A DNA stretch of 62,944 nucleotides from an uncultured Methanoregula sp. (lineage in GTDB: Archaea > Halobacteriota > Methanomicrobia > Methanomicrobiales > Methanospirillaceae), in the NCBI GenBank assembly GCA_964503195.1, contig CAZCZK010000001.1, positions 1 to 62,944 of the forward strand, given 5' to 3'. A model generated the notes under the pieces. The model made no database searches. It had not been told where the DNA came from and saw nothing but the letters and a program-made list of their open reading frames with translations. How positions within the stretch are numbered: position 1 is the first letter of the stretch; each line of letters begins with the position of its first letter. Below are positions 39,359 to 50,289 of the stretch, piece after piece. Position numbers and translations under genes: made by a program.

Positions 39359-40825
39359 TCAGAAGCGACCATCCTTTTTCGGTATGATATTTTGAAGGAA
39401 ATGGATCATTCCCTCCTTCAGTTCGGGATCCTGATAAACAATGATAATATAATATACCGCTGTACACACGATGGCAGTGCTGAATACCAGCAGCGATGAA
39501 AGAGAGATGAATTTTGCGATGAGGAGTGGTGAAGCAACAATAAGTCCCAGTGCTGAGTACCGGAAGATATCGTACATGGCACCCCGCAAGGGCACCCCCC
39601 CCATCCTCAATAGATACATATTCATCCAGGTCCAGGAAATGACGCCGGTGACTGATAATAAAACCATGCAGATTATGGGATCTCCATAGAATCCCCCGAT
39701 CAGGATTGCAATAATTCTGCTGAAAAGAAGGACAATATTGAATCCCAGGCTCGCACCCTGTTTTTCAAACACATTGAAGATCGAACCGATGGGTGTTGAA
39801 ATAAACACCACGAAAAACCAGGGTGCGAGAATCTGCGCATATACGCCGGCCGTGATCCACTGCGCACCAAGGATGAACCCGAACAGTTCCGGCCCGATAA
39901 TCATCAGTATCAGGAATACGAATATTCCAAGGGAGACCAGCCTTGAATGAACGGATTTTACCACATGGTCTATCAGACCGGTACGATTTTTTTCTACACA
40001 TGCTTTCTGATAAAAAACTGATGCCAGTGAATTTCCCATCAGCTTGAGGGGCAAAGAAATTATGAGGTGGGTCATTGCGTATAATCCCACGACAACAGGC
40101 GAGAAGGAAACCGCGAGCATGAGGGCGACTGATTGCGTTGCTGCTACACTTGTTAAAGATGATAGCGAACTGAACTTGGGGAATTTTTTATATCGTATGG
40201 CCATTTTACGGATTTGCGTAAATGTCACTTCACGGAACAGAGAAAAATCAGCCATGGTTTTTCTTAATGAAACCGCAATGAGGGTTGCATCATTGATTAT
40301 CGGGCCGAAGATCAACCCGAACGGGGATGGTGAAAACAGTCCCAACCCGATGGACGCTGCTTTACCCGTGACCGAGCTGGACAGATTAGCCTGGGCAAGC
40401 GTGCCAAACGCCTGCCTGCGGGAAAGCCATGAGGCAAGAACATAGGCAATACTCGTTGCGACCACCGCAAAAGGCACAAGGAACAGGTACGATGAAATGC
40501 CAGGGGCATTCAGTACGCTTTCAATCGAACGTGAAAAAATGAAAAGAATTACCGCTGAAACACATGCAGTTGCTAGGATGAGGTATGTGCACAGGACAAC
40601 CACGGAAGCAGCATCTTCATCCTTTTTTGGCAGGTTGATAGCCCCATTGTAGGAAAGGCATGCGACGATGGCAATTAAGTGGACAAGAGAAAAAACCAGT
40701 TGATAGATGCCGAAGTCTGCGGGGGAATAGAGACGGGAGAGAACGGGGGAGGCAATAGCTCCGATAATTTGCCCAAGCAAAGTTGCTGAAAATATTGTGA
40801 ATACATTTGAAACGAACTTCGACAT
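39359..40825 (-). CDS. Oligosaccharide flippase (Wzx family)
   Basis: SPVLSRLYSPADFG, RYKKFPKF, VVGLY, LG.QW..AG; about 14 TM. Confidence 0.9.
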   Translation of the reverse strand: MSKFVSNVFTIFSATLLGQIIGAIASPVLSRLYSPADFGIYQLVFSLVHLIAIVACLSYNGAINLPKKDEDAASVVVLCTYLILATACVSAVILFIFSRSIESVLNAPGISSYLFLVPFAVVATSIAYVLASWLSRRQAFGTLAQANLSSSVTGKAASIGLGLFSPSPFGLIFGPIINDATLIAVSLRKTMADFSLFREVTFTQIRKMAIRYKKFPKFSSLSSLTSVAATQSVALMLAVSFSPVVVGLYAMTHLIISLPLKLMGNSLASVFYQKACVEKNRTGLIDHVVKSVHSRLVSLGIFVFLILMIIGPELFGFILGAQWITAGVYAQILAPWFFVVFISTPIGSIFNVFEKQGASLGFNIVLLFSRIIAILIGGFYGDPIICMVLLSVTGVISWTWMNMYLLRMGGVPLRGAMYDIFRYSALGLIVASPLLIAKFISLSSLLVFSTAIVCTAVYYIIIVYQDPELKEGMIHFLQNIIPKKDGRF

Positions 40826-41019
40826 CCGATAACCATATAGGTGCTTCCAGCGGGTAATTAAGTATTCTTCATAAAGCAAAGAAAAAAATGTTTATGATAC
40901 TCATAATTCCTCTCGAAATCTCCCCTTTTTTAGGGACGGGGAAATTCTCCTCTGTTCCTTAATGGTAAAAGAAATAACCCGACATGATTTTTTTCTGATT
41001 TTATGAACGGCATTACGGA

Positions 41020-42198
41020 TTATGCATAATGTTCCCTTCTTTTCCCCGGGTTTTTCCAGTAATAATCAGGATTATCGATCCCGAATGTTTCCCTCAAACC
41101 GCCATGAGAGATCTGAAGTCCATCAATACCAGCACCAAGATTTATTTCGATTGCGATGGGTCCCTCCTTTGTTATAGCAATATCCCATGCAAGATGAGTA
41201 AAATAAGGTATTTTATTCGCAGATTCCCGGGCAAATTGCAGAACCTCGGCCCAGAGAGGGATATGATAATTTTTAAAAACAAACCCTGTGTCCGGATGAC
41301 GGGGAAATTTTTCACAGTCATAGGACAACGCAAAATCACCCAATTCTCCACTGCTGAGGTCAATTTTGAGGAAAATCCCCCCGGCAGAGGCATTATCGAT
41401 CTCACCCGAGCCACGACCTATCCGTAACATTGCGCAGAGAACAGAGGCATCGCCGTTCTTATTTTCTGTGATGATCCTGATGGTATTCACCGATGCCGGA
41501 AAAACGGAAGATAGGGCCGGGTGCTGTATGATTCCTTTCTGAACAATATATGGCTTTTTTTGTCCCTCTGCGTTCAGAAATTGTTGATTGAATATTCTGT
41601 TATTCAGGGTAAGGAAATCCCCCCCCTCATTTTTATGGAATACATAAAAGCCTAATCCTCTCCCGCTCTCAGCAGGTTTCATAAATATTTTTTTGTTGTT
41701 ACCGGAGCCTGCATTTTGTTTCAGTTTATCAAAGTCAAGGAGAGTCATATCCGGGGAATAAATCCGTCCATTGAGGATCTTGCAAAGGGTATCCGGCTGG
41801 GCAATGTTGTTGTCTTTAAAATAACATTCCGTGAAGATCTTATTGTCGGTTATCATCCAGTACCTGTACGAGGTATGATGGGGAAGATACAGGTAGTACC
41901 AGAAAAAATTCGGGATATAATTAAGAAGTGCGGGTTCTGATAATGGTCTATCGTCCCGGTATAGATCATAAAGATAATAATGATAAGGGAAGCATTTCCA
42001 GAATTTTTTACAAAGGTTAATTTCCGATCTAATCTGGGATACGCTTTTCTTGGTATCACATTCTTCATATCTTTTCATTGATTTGGCTAATGATTGCCGG
42101 GGACTGGTGTTGGGATTGGGATCGTGTTCGGGATATAATTTTTCCTGTATGCGCATAGCCCACTCTGTCGATTTCAGTTTTTTAATGAATCTGACCAT
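41020..42198 (-). CDS. Sugar-transfer-associated ATP-grasp protein (ATPgrasp_ST-like), copy 1
   Basis: DNK, KPAESGRG, SVNTIRI, LRIG..GEIDNASAGG, HPDTG, WDIAIT..GP..IEIN. Confidence 0.88.
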   Translation of the reverse strand: MVRFIKKLKSTEWAMRIQEKLYPEHDPNPNTSPRQSLAKSMKRYEECDTKKSVSQIRSEINLCKKFWKCFPYHYYLYDLYRDDRPLSEPALLNYIPNFFWYYLYLPHHTSYRYWMITDNKIFTECYFKDNNIAQPDTLCKILNGRIYSPDMTLLDFDKLKQNAGSGNNKKIFMKPAESGRGLGFYVFHKNEGGDFLTLNNRIFNQQFLNAEGQKKPYIVQKGIIQHPALSSVFPASVNTIRIITENKNGDASVLCAMLRIGRGSGEIDNASAGGIFLKIDLSSGELGDFALSYDCEKFPRHPDTGFVFKNYHIPLWAEVLQFARESANKIPYFTHLAWDIAITKEGPIAIEINLGAGIDGLQISHGGLRETFGIDNPDYYWKNPGKRREHYA

Positions 42199-42249
42199 AC
42201 GATGTATCCTCCAGATATAGAATCAGGTCCTTTTTCCTGCACCGTGATA

Positions 42250-43413
42250 CTATTGTAACCGTTTTCCCGGGTTTTTCCAGTAATAATCGGGATCGTCGAT
42301 ACCAAACGCTTCCCGTAAGCCGCCGGCAGTTCTATCCATTATATCGATTGTAGGATTGCAATTTATCTCAACCGCAACGGGTCCATCGGCGGTCAGGGCA
42401 ATATCCCAGCCGAGATGGGTGAAAAAGGGCAGTTTAACTGCAGATTGAAGAGCGAAATTCCGGATTTCATCCCATCGGGAGATGGTAAAATTCCGGAATT
42501 CAAACCGAGTATCTGGATGAACAGTAAATGTTTCACTGGCATATGACATCGCGATATTTCCTAACTTTCCGTTATTGATGTTGATATTTATTGTGATCCC
42601 ACCTGATGATGCATTATCAACCTCTGCCTGACCACGACCTATCCGAAACATCCCGCAGACTAATCGCACGGTGCCATTTTTATTCTCGGTAATGATCCTG
42701 CAGGTGTTCACGGATTCCGGGTATATTCTCGAGATTTCCGGATCCTGTACTATCCCTGCCTGGATAATATAATCGGGTTTTTTCGGGAGTGCGTCAACGA
42801 ATTCCCTGTTAAAAAAGATGTTGTCCCGGGTGACATACCTGCCCTCTTCGGTTCTATGAAAAATCAATATACCCTGACCCCCGGAACCATCCACAGGTTT
42901 CATAAACAATTTTTCATAATTATGTACTGTCAATTCCCGTTGTACCTGATCAAACCCTGTCACTTTCATAACGGGCGAGTATAGTATTCCATCCACTACC
43001 TGGCAGAGCGTTTCCGGTTGAGCGATTTCCAGACTTCTGAAAAATTGCTCGGTAATTATTTTATTATCAGTAATGAGAGAATATTTCATTGATCTATAGT
43101 GGGGAAGATACAAATAATACCAAAAAAATGAAGGGATGTACCCGACAAGGTCATTTTTTGTTAATTCTTTCTCTTCCCGGTACAGATCATGCGTAAAATA
43201 ATGGTGAGGGTAACATTTCCAGTATTTCCGGCAGACTTCAATTTCCTGGTTCATTTGAGAGGGGGTCTTTTTATTGTCACAATCCCTGAAGCGCTCCATG
43301 GCTTTCTTATGTAAGGTATAATGGTCAGGAGCATTTTTTTTACTTGGATAGAATTTCTCGGTGACCCGCATACCAAATTCTGACATTCTTATTTTTTTTA
43401 TGATTTTTACCAT
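42250..43413 (-). CDS. Sugar-transfer-associated ATP-grasp protein, copy 2
   Basis: Same motif set (KPVDGSGG, SVNTCRI, VDNASSGG, GWDIAL, EIN). Confidence 0.88.
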   Translation of the reverse strand: MVKIIKKIRMSEFGMRVTEKFYPSKKNAPDHYTLHKKAMERFRDCDNKKTPSQMNQEIEVCRKYWKCYPHHYFTHDLYREEKELTKNDLVGYIPSFFWYYLYLPHYRSMKYSLITDNKIITEQFFRSLEIAQPETLCQVVDGILYSPVMKVTGFDQVQRELTVHNYEKLFMKPVDGSGGQGILIFHRTEEGRYVTRDNIFFNREFVDALPKKPDYIIQAGIVQDPEISRIYPESVNTCRIITENKNGTVRLVCGMFRIGRGQAEVDNASSGGITINININNGKLGNIAMSYASETFTVHPDTRFEFRNFTISRWDEIRNFALQSAVKLPFFTHLGWDIALTADGPVAVEINCNPTIDIMDRTAGGLREAFGIDDPDYYWKNPGKRLQ

Positions 43414-43588
43414 TCGATGATCGCCCCGATGAGCAGATGAATTATTTGTGAAAATTGATGTTCAAGTTTAACCAGACAGAAGTGTAAATAGCTCATAAAC
43501 GGATATTAAAATTCGCTTTTTAAACAATTTATTTGTTCGCCATCTGATTTTCCTTCGATTGAAAGGTTGGAATTGATTCCGTGATAAA

Positions 43589-44752
43589 TTATCGCAATGT
43601 TCTCCCTGAGTTTTTCCAATAATCGTCCGGGACATCAATTCCGAATGCCTCACGTAATCCACAGGAGGTCTTCTCGATGATATCAACGGCTGGAGAACTG
43701 TTTATTTCAACCACAAGAGGTTTTTGAGTTGTCAGGGCAATGTCCCACCCGAGAAATTTGAAAAAGGGCTGTTTTCCCGCTGCCTCCAGAGTGAATTTTT
43801 CGATCTCCTCCCATCGTGATATTCCGTTATTTGAAAATGTAAATCGTGTATCCGGATGCTGTAAAAATTTTTCACCATCGTACGATATTGCAAAATCCCC
43901 AAATTTCCCACTGTTGATATTGATGTTGGTACAGATTCCTCCGGAGGATGCATTATCAACATCGCTGTGACCCCGGCCCATGCGGAGCATTGCACACACC
44001 AGACGAACAGTACCACAATTATTTTCTGTAATGATCCTGCATGTATTGACTGAATAAGGATATATTTTCGAGATCTCCGGGTCCTGGATGATCCCCGACT
44101 GTATAATATAATTGTTGTTCTTTCCGATCATTTCCAAAAAGTGATCATTGAACGTGAGGTTTTCCCGGGTCTCATAGCGACCAGGTGCCATTTTATGAAA
44201 AATATAAATGCCTTTGCCTCCTGCTCCGTCAACAGGTTTCACAAAAATTTTTTCATAGCCATTCTCGCATACCTGCTTCCGCACCTGCTCATAGGAACAG
44301 GGGAGCATATCTGATGCGTACAGTTTCCCGTTGAATACAGAACATAATGTTTCCGGTTTGTTGATTTTTAATGCATTGAAGATGTGATCTGTGATGAGTT
44401 TGTTATTGGCCACCATTGAAAATTTTGGAGAGGCGTGAAATGGAAGGAATAAATAATTGTAAAAAAAATGCGGGATAAAATTTATCAGTTCTTCCTTTGT
44501 AATCTCCTTATCTTTCCGATAAAGATCCTGTATGTAGTAATGGTAAGGGTAGCATTTCCAGTATTTTTTACAAATCTGGATTTCCTTCTTTATCTGGAGT
44601 GCGTTCTTTTTATTTTTACATTTAAAAAATCGATTCATCGATTGCTCTAAATGATCGGTCGTGGCTGGATCATTTTTTTTTGTGGGATAGAATTTCTCTC
44701 GTATCCTCATCCCAAATTCAGACGCTTTCAGAGTACGAATGAATTTTACCAT
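43589..44752 (-). CDS. Sugar-transfer-associated ATP-grasp protein, copy 3
   Basis: Same motif set; start set at MVKFIR by alignment with paralogs. Confidence 0.88.
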   Translation of the reverse strand: MVKFIRTLKASEFGMRIREKFYPTKKNDPATTDHLEQSMNRFFKCKNKKNALQIKKEIQICKKYWKCYPYHYYIQDLYRKDKEITKEELINFIPHFFYNYLFLPFHASPKFSMVANNKLITDHIFNALKINKPETLCSVFNGKLYASDMLPCSYEQVRKQVCENGYEKIFVKPVDGAGGKGIYIFHKMAPGRYETRENLTFNDHFLEMIGKNNNYIIQSGIIQDPEISKIYPYSVNTCRIITENNCGTVRLVCAMLRMGRGHSDVDNASSGGICTNININSGKFGDFAISYDGEKFLQHPDTRFTFSNNGISRWEEIEKFTLEAAGKQPFFKFLGWDIALTTQKPLVVEINSSPAVDIIEKTSCGLREAFGIDVPDDYWKNSGRTLR

Positions 44753-45083
44753 CTTGAGTGCTCGTTGAAAATAGTCATTGAATAAGAATAAAAAGATGTT
44801 CATGTTTGTAACGTATCCGCTCGGTCTGTCGATAGGAAAAACAGAACCCCTGAGGGGTAGTGAGAGTATCATTCAGATAGATTCCCAGGAGACGAAGGCT
44901 AACAGTGAACCTGCCGATAGAAGTCTGTCACTTTTCCACCCAGAGAAATAATAATGCGGATCCGTGTGAAAAAAATCCGGGATTCTGATACTTGAGATTA
45001 AAACAAATAGCCGTTCATAATTAACCGGAACTATTACCGTCAGCTTAACCGTTAATTAGAACATACCAATCCACGGATCAGAT

Positions 45084-46127
45084 ATGAAATTCAGCACCGT
45101 CAATACTGTCATTCTCATCACAACCGTAACAATCGTCATTTTTCTCTCGGTATGGTTGGTAGGATATTTGTGGCCTCCTGCTGAACAAAATGCAGACATC
45201 AACAACACTCCCCTCCACCTGGTTTTTGTCGGTGACGTAATGCTTTCCAGGAACATCGGAAACATCATTTCAAACAAGGGCCCGGAGTATCCGTTTGAGC
45301 ATGTTCATGAAATCCTCCGAAAAGGCGATATCACTATGGGAAATCTTGAATCCCCAATTTCTGATCTGGATAAAACGGTCTGTCGCAAGAATGCAACGGT
45401 CTGTTTTAAAGCTTCACCCGAAACCATTCGTGGACTTACTTATGCAGGTTTTGATATTTTGACCGTAGCAAACAACCATGCACTGGATCAGGGGCCATTC
45501 GTGTTGAACGATACATTGTCTCACCTTTCCAGAGCCGGGATTCAATACTGCGGTGTACAGCAGGGCATGGCTGATACTATCCAGAACGCAGTGATTGTGC
45601 ACGATCCGAGAATGAAGGTTGCCTTCTTGGGATTCGAGGATATAAATAATGTCAGCAGATATTCTGCAAGCGATTATCCGCGGCCATGGAAGGCGTCGGA
45701 GGACGCAGTAATTCAGGCTGTAACGCGAGTGCGGGGTCAGGCAGACGTGGTTGTGGTGACATTCCATTTCGGGGATGAATACAACTTCACCCATAACGAG
45801 AGGCAGGAGCAGCTTTCTCACGCAGCTGCTGATGCCGGTGCTGATATCATCATTGGTCACCACCCCCACGTAATCCAGGGTATTGAGGTATACAATTCTT
45901 CAATCATCGCTTACAGTCTGGGGAACTTCATCTTTGACATGGGGGGAAAAGGTGTCAGGGAAGGGGCAATTCTCACTATTGAAATCGATCCAACAACAAA
46001 ACAGGCACGGGTGCATTCGCTTGAAAAAGTTACTCAGAGCTCTCAGTTCCAGCCCCGGCCCGGGGTAATTGGAATGATTATCTCGTATTATGAGAGGGGT
46101 ATTGCAAAAATATTCGCGATCGTGTAA
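45084..46127 (+). CDS. CapA/PgsA-family metallophosphoesterase, membrane-anchored
   Basis: GDVM, GNLE, ANNHALDQG, HFGDEY, GHHPHV, YSLGNF motifs; N-terminal TM. Confidence 0.92.
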   Translation: MKFSTVNTVILITTVTIVIFLSVWLVGYLWPPAEQNADINNTPLHLVFVGDVMLSRNIGNIISNKGPEYPFEHVHEILRKGDITMGNLESPISDLDKTVCRKNATVCFKASPETIRGLTYAGFDILTVANNHALDQGPFVLNDTLSHLSRAGIQYCGVQQGMADTIQNAVIVHDPRMKVAFLGFEDINNVSRYSASDYPRPWKASEDAVIQAVTRVRGQADVVVVTFHFGDEYNFTHNERQEQLSHAAADAGADIIIGHHPHVIQGIEVYNSSIIAYSLGNFIFDMGGKGVREGAILTIEIDPTTKQARVHSLEKVTQSSQFQPRPGVIGMIISYYERGIAKIFAIV

Positions 46128-46249
46128 AAATAAATTCCTGAAATTTTTAAAAACCGGAGGATTTGAGCACCTCTCGGATCGTTTGTATGTATAAGAAAGT
46201 ATATTACGCAACGAAAATATATAACAAAACAATCATATAGACAATTTTT

Positions 46250-47392
46250 ATGAATCATGCAGTTGTTCCCGGGGGAGAGCATACAGCACTCGCGATTGTA
46301 CGCTCACTGGGGAAAAAGAAAGTTAAGTCAACAGTTATATCAGAAAATTCACAGGCATTAGCCTTTTCTTCCAAATATTGTTCACATCATCTGATTTCTG
46401 ATTCAACTCTTGATGTTTTTTCAGGGTTTACCAAAGATGATGTTGTAATGCCTGTTCTTGAGGACCAGATGGTGGAACTCGCAAAACAAAGGAGTACATT
46501 TCAGTGCGCCATGGCTTTCCCGGAATATTCGGTCCTGGAAAAGACGTCGAACAAGAAAACTGCCCTTGAAAGGGCGTGTGAACTTAATATTCCCTGCCCG
46601 GAAACCTTCTTTTTCAAAGATCTTGATAATTACCGTGCGGAATTCGAGGACCTTAAAACCTCCATACGCTGTCCTGCTGTCATCAAACCATGCCGGGGGC
46701 ACGGGGGTGAGGGAGTATCATTTATCAATTCCATCGACCCGTTACAAAAGAGCTACGAAGAAACGGTACGAAGATTTGGCCCCGTGATGGTACAGGAAAA
46801 AGTCCCGTACAATGAACGGTATTCTGTTGCCGTGATAATGAACTTTGATCAGGAAATCCGGTTATCGTGTGTACTGAAAGAATTGCGGTATTTCCCCGTT
46901 GATTCCGGACCCTCCACCTGCGTAGAGACAATTCACCGGCCGGAGTTAATTGGCTGGGCACAGGAAATTCTCGAGTCCCTGGATTTTTATGGAATTGCCG
47001 AACTTGATTTTATTCATGATTCACGGAATAATACCACGCTGTTCATGGAGATCAATCCCCGCTTCTGGGGATCTCTCCAGGGTGCCATCAGTGCAGGTGT
47101 GGATTTTCCTCATCAGCTCTATACGCTCTTTAAAGATGGGGATATCGAAAAAAAAGATGACTATGCATTGGGAGTAAGGACGAGAAATGTAATTTTTAAT
47201 GATTATCGTCGCTTGTGTTCCATAATAGAGGGGGATTATGATAAAAATTATAAAATATCATCCTGCAGAGATTTTTTACAATTTTACCGGGACGATGCGT
47301 ATTTCATTTTTGACCTTGATGATATGAAACCATTCCTGTCCATGCTTGCGAATGTTATGAGTAGAAAAATGAAAAAAATAGTGAATGAATAA
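46250..47392 (+). CDS. ATP-grasp carboxylate-amine ligase, paralog A
   Basis: LAIVRSLG, PAVIKP..GHGG, VQE, EINPRFWGS, AGVDFP. Confidence 0.88.
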   Translation: MNHAVVPGGEHTALAIVRSLGKKKVKSTVISENSQALAFSSKYCSHHLISDSTLDVFSGFTKDDVVMPVLEDQMVELAKQRSTFQCAMAFPEYSVLEKTSNKKTALERACELNIPCPETFFFKDLDNYRAEFEDLKTSIRCPAVIKPCRGHGGEGVSFINSIDPLQKSYEETVRRFGPVMVQEKVPYNERYSVAVIMNFDQEIRLSCVLKELRYFPVDSGPSTCVETIHRPELIGWAQEILESLDFYGIAELDFIHDSRNNTTLFMEINPRFWGSLQGAISAGVDFPHQLYTLFKDGDIEKKDDYALGVRTRNVIFNDYRRLCSIIEGDYDKNYKISSCRDFLQFYRDDAYFIFDLDDMKPFLSMLANVMSRKMKKIVNE

Positions 47393-47446
47393 CACCCACG
47401 AGTTGTGATGGACATTGAAATCAGTTACGGACAACAACTCAATCCT

Positions 47447-48490
47447 TCAAAATAGTCTTTTTGCAAGCTGTTTTGCAATGGAAAATGCCTTGTTGATAAC
47501 CAGTTTGGCGTTGGAGAATTTTTTCTTGTATGTCATCAGGGGGATCTTATCCCCTCCGAATTTTTCTTTATGGAAGGATAGTTCAGGGGTCTGGGTAATT
47601 CCCATTTCATAGTGCTGGTATCCTCCCTCACAGGCATAGCGAATTGAGGCGCAGATCGGGAGTGTATTGGTAAGATATGTCTCGGATTCGGAGAAATAGG
47701 GAGCCATCGCCAGATATGCCGTTGTAGGTGTATAGTAGCATAAAGCTGCAGATATTGGTTTTTTATCCTGTAAACAGATGAATAACCTGATCTTGTCGCC
47801 GAAAACCCGGATGATCTGTTCATATATGTCCTTTTGTTCAACCCGCCCGAATTTTTTTACCGATTCGATCTGCATGGCATAAAAATCATCAATATATGAA
47901 AACATTTCATCATTGATTACTTCTGCTCCGATTTTTTTCGTGTGCCGGATCCGTTTTCTTAATTTTTTTGACCAGAGGCCGTCCCAGATTTTTTCCTCGA
48001 AGGGATCTTCCAATTTCAGTACATATGTACAGGGTAATCCGGTGGCGGTATTATTTTCCCACACGTATCCATTTCCCGTTAATAACCGCGAGGGAAATTG
48101 GGATTTTTCAGAAAAGGATAGATGTTCCCGCAAAATAATATATGAGTGACTCCCGGCGTAGCTGGCTTCAATAAAATCCAGAAAAGACTGAATTATTTTC
48201 TCTTTTTCCTCCTCAGCCAGGTCGTCTTTGAGCAAAAAGCCATCAGATGCTCCGAACGGGAGTGACGACAAAGAACCATACAATAATTGTAAATTCTCTT
48301 CAATCGGAAAAATCCCCAGGATCTCTTGGGAGCTGTCCTCAATCAGGAGTGGGATGAAACGATGTTTTGATGTATTGAATTCATATATGTATTTCCATTC
48401 AAAATATTGGAAAAAAGTGCCTCTTTCCCGATCCACAAACCGGTTCCATTTTTCTTTGTCATTTTCTGAAGCAATGCGTATATTCATCAT
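47447..48490 (-). CDS. FemAB-like / GNAT protein
   Basis: WNRFV....GTFFQYFEW; KKLRKRIR; IRYACE.GY..YEMG; HKEKFGG. Confidence 0.85.
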   Translation of the reverse strand: MMNIRIASENDKEKWNRFVDRERGTFFQYFEWKYIYEFNTSKHRFIPLLIEDSSQEILGIFPIEENLQLLYGSLSSLPFGASDGFLLKDDLAEEEKEKIIQSFLDFIEASYAGSHSYIILREHLSFSEKSQFPSRLLTGNGYVWENNTATGLPCTYVLKLEDPFEEKIWDGLWSKKLRKRIRHTKKIGAEVINDEMFSYIDDFYAMQIESVKKFGRVEQKDIYEQIIRVFGDKIRLFICLQDKKPISAALCYYTPTTAYLAMAPYFSESETYLTNTLPICASIRYACEGGYQHYEMGITQTPELSFHKEKFGGDKIPLMTYKKKFSNAKLVINKAFSIAKQLAKRLF

Positions 48491-48955
48491 TAATCTCCGG
48501 TTTTTCCGAGTAGATACTAATCTAATACCAGACTTTTTTCGATTTTATTATTTATAAAATCCTGATTTGATATATAATTTTTTAGGGATTTTGAAAGATA
48601 TCTGGTTCCATTTTCTTGGAGGATTTTCATTAATGAGCACCTGATTTCTACAGAAAAGTAGGTTTTTTTTGAGGGGGGCCCATATCATAAGATATTTTAC
48701 AAACGGGATCACCGTGACCTTTTCTAATCATTACAGCGACCTGATGAAAGAAAACGACCATGATTCCCGTTTTTTCCCCTCAGTCCTTTAACCATTTGAT
48801 GCCTGCCGTACCCCAGGATATGTGCAGGCGGCGCATGAATTTATCATCAGGTTTTTAGAGGAAAGTTTCCAGTTCATCAGAATGCAGTACTGATTTTTTG
48901 TGTGTTATCGAATTTTATAATAAAATAAATAAATCTGTTCGCTGCATATCACTCT

Positions 48956-50071
48956 ATGGAAATAACATATCGTTTTTTAGATACAGAATCGGATTCAGAT
49001 ATATCGCAGTGGCTGGACCTGTTTTCTCTTTGTTTTCAGCAGGAAATCACCAATAATTTCTGGAATTACATTTTCATGGAAAATCCGTTTTACAAAAAGA
49101 CAAAGCCATTGATTTTTATCGCTCATGATGAGGAAAAAATAGTTGGTTCATTCTCCGCGATACCTTCACAGCTTGTGGAATATCATAAGGATACAAATAT
49201 TCTGTACAATTCTTTACTCCTCTGCAAGGGAATGGTTCATCCAGCGTATCGGAAAAAAGGAATATTTGCTAACCTGTTAAAAAATGCTCTGCAAACTGCG
49301 GAATCTGAAGAATATGATTTGGTACTCACGATTTCGAACAATCCTTATTCATATCAGAGTTTTATCAAGACGGGATATCACGATATCGCCGCAATGAGAA
49401 TGTCAAGATTATTCTTATCCCGGGATACGGTATTTTCCGCATATATACATCGGCTTCATCTTCCTCACACCGTAAAAAAAATTCTCATAGCTTCAGTATC
49501 TTTTTTGTATACACAACTTGCCCCCCGCAATAATGATCATTTTGAGATTAAACAGGGAGATGCTTCTGAATTTATTGGAGAAATTGAAAAGTTTAATACG
49601 TCAAACCAGAGGAATAACGGTATTTATGGAAACCGATCACATCGTTTCCTCCACTGGACGTTCGTTCGTGAAGATGCATGCTTCAAATGTTTCACGATAA
49701 GGGATAAGAAAGAATTACTTGGGTATGCACTCGTTCAATTAAAAGAGAAGGGGAAATATGCATTCATTGTCGATATTTGCGTTTCCGTTCACAAAAAAAA
49801 TGTGATAGAGGATTTGATCGGAGAGATCAGCATCTACCTCAAAGAGAAAAATTTCCAGACCTTATGGACGTACATGGTGGAAAACGACACAATTCTTTCC
49901 AATTTTTTTACGCTCCGGAATGGGTTTTTTGTCCGATCTTCAAATGCGGGAAAACTCAAAAAATCGCGAATGCTCGTGTATCCCCTGAAAAAAACCAGAG
50001 CACAACCGTCATATATGGATAAGAACATGTGGAATATCCTGCCTGTTGACACTTGTTTGTTCCTGGAATAA
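48956..50071 (+). CDS. GNAT family N-acyltransferase (tandem GNAT folds)
   Basis: MVHPAYRKKGIF acyl-CoA motif A; R...FLHW.F second fold. Confidence 0.85.
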   Translation: MEITYRFLDTESDSDISQWLDLFSLCFQQEITNNFWNYIFMENPFYKKTKPLIFIAHDEEKIVGSFSAIPSQLVEYHKDTNILYNSLLLCKGMVHPAYRKKGIFANLLKNALQTAESEEYDLVLTISNNPYSYQSFIKTGYHDIAAMRMSRLFLSRDTVFSAYIHRLHLPHTVKKILIASVSFLYTQLAPRNNDHFEIKQGDASEFIGEIEKFNTSNQRNNGIYGNRSHRFLHWTFVREDACFKCFTIRDKKELLGYALVQLKEKGKYAFIVDICVSVHKKNVIEDLIGEISIYLKEKNFQTLWTYMVENDTILSNFFTLRNGFFVRSSNAGKLKKSRMLVYPLKKTRAQPSYMDKNMWNILPVDTCLFLE

Positions 50072-50289
50072 TCGGTCTCATAATCGGACTCAGTGAAAAA
50101 ACCATCCATCTGTTGGTATCGGCACTTGTCCCCTTCTTATTTATTCTTATCACAGGTAACGCACAGGAAGGATCTTGGTATAACTCTCTTTTCAACCATG
50201 GGGGATTGTTTACTGACGCTAGAGTATAATAGTGAGGAAACTCTCACATATGATAAGAAACTAGGTATGAATCAAAACAGAGAGATTAG

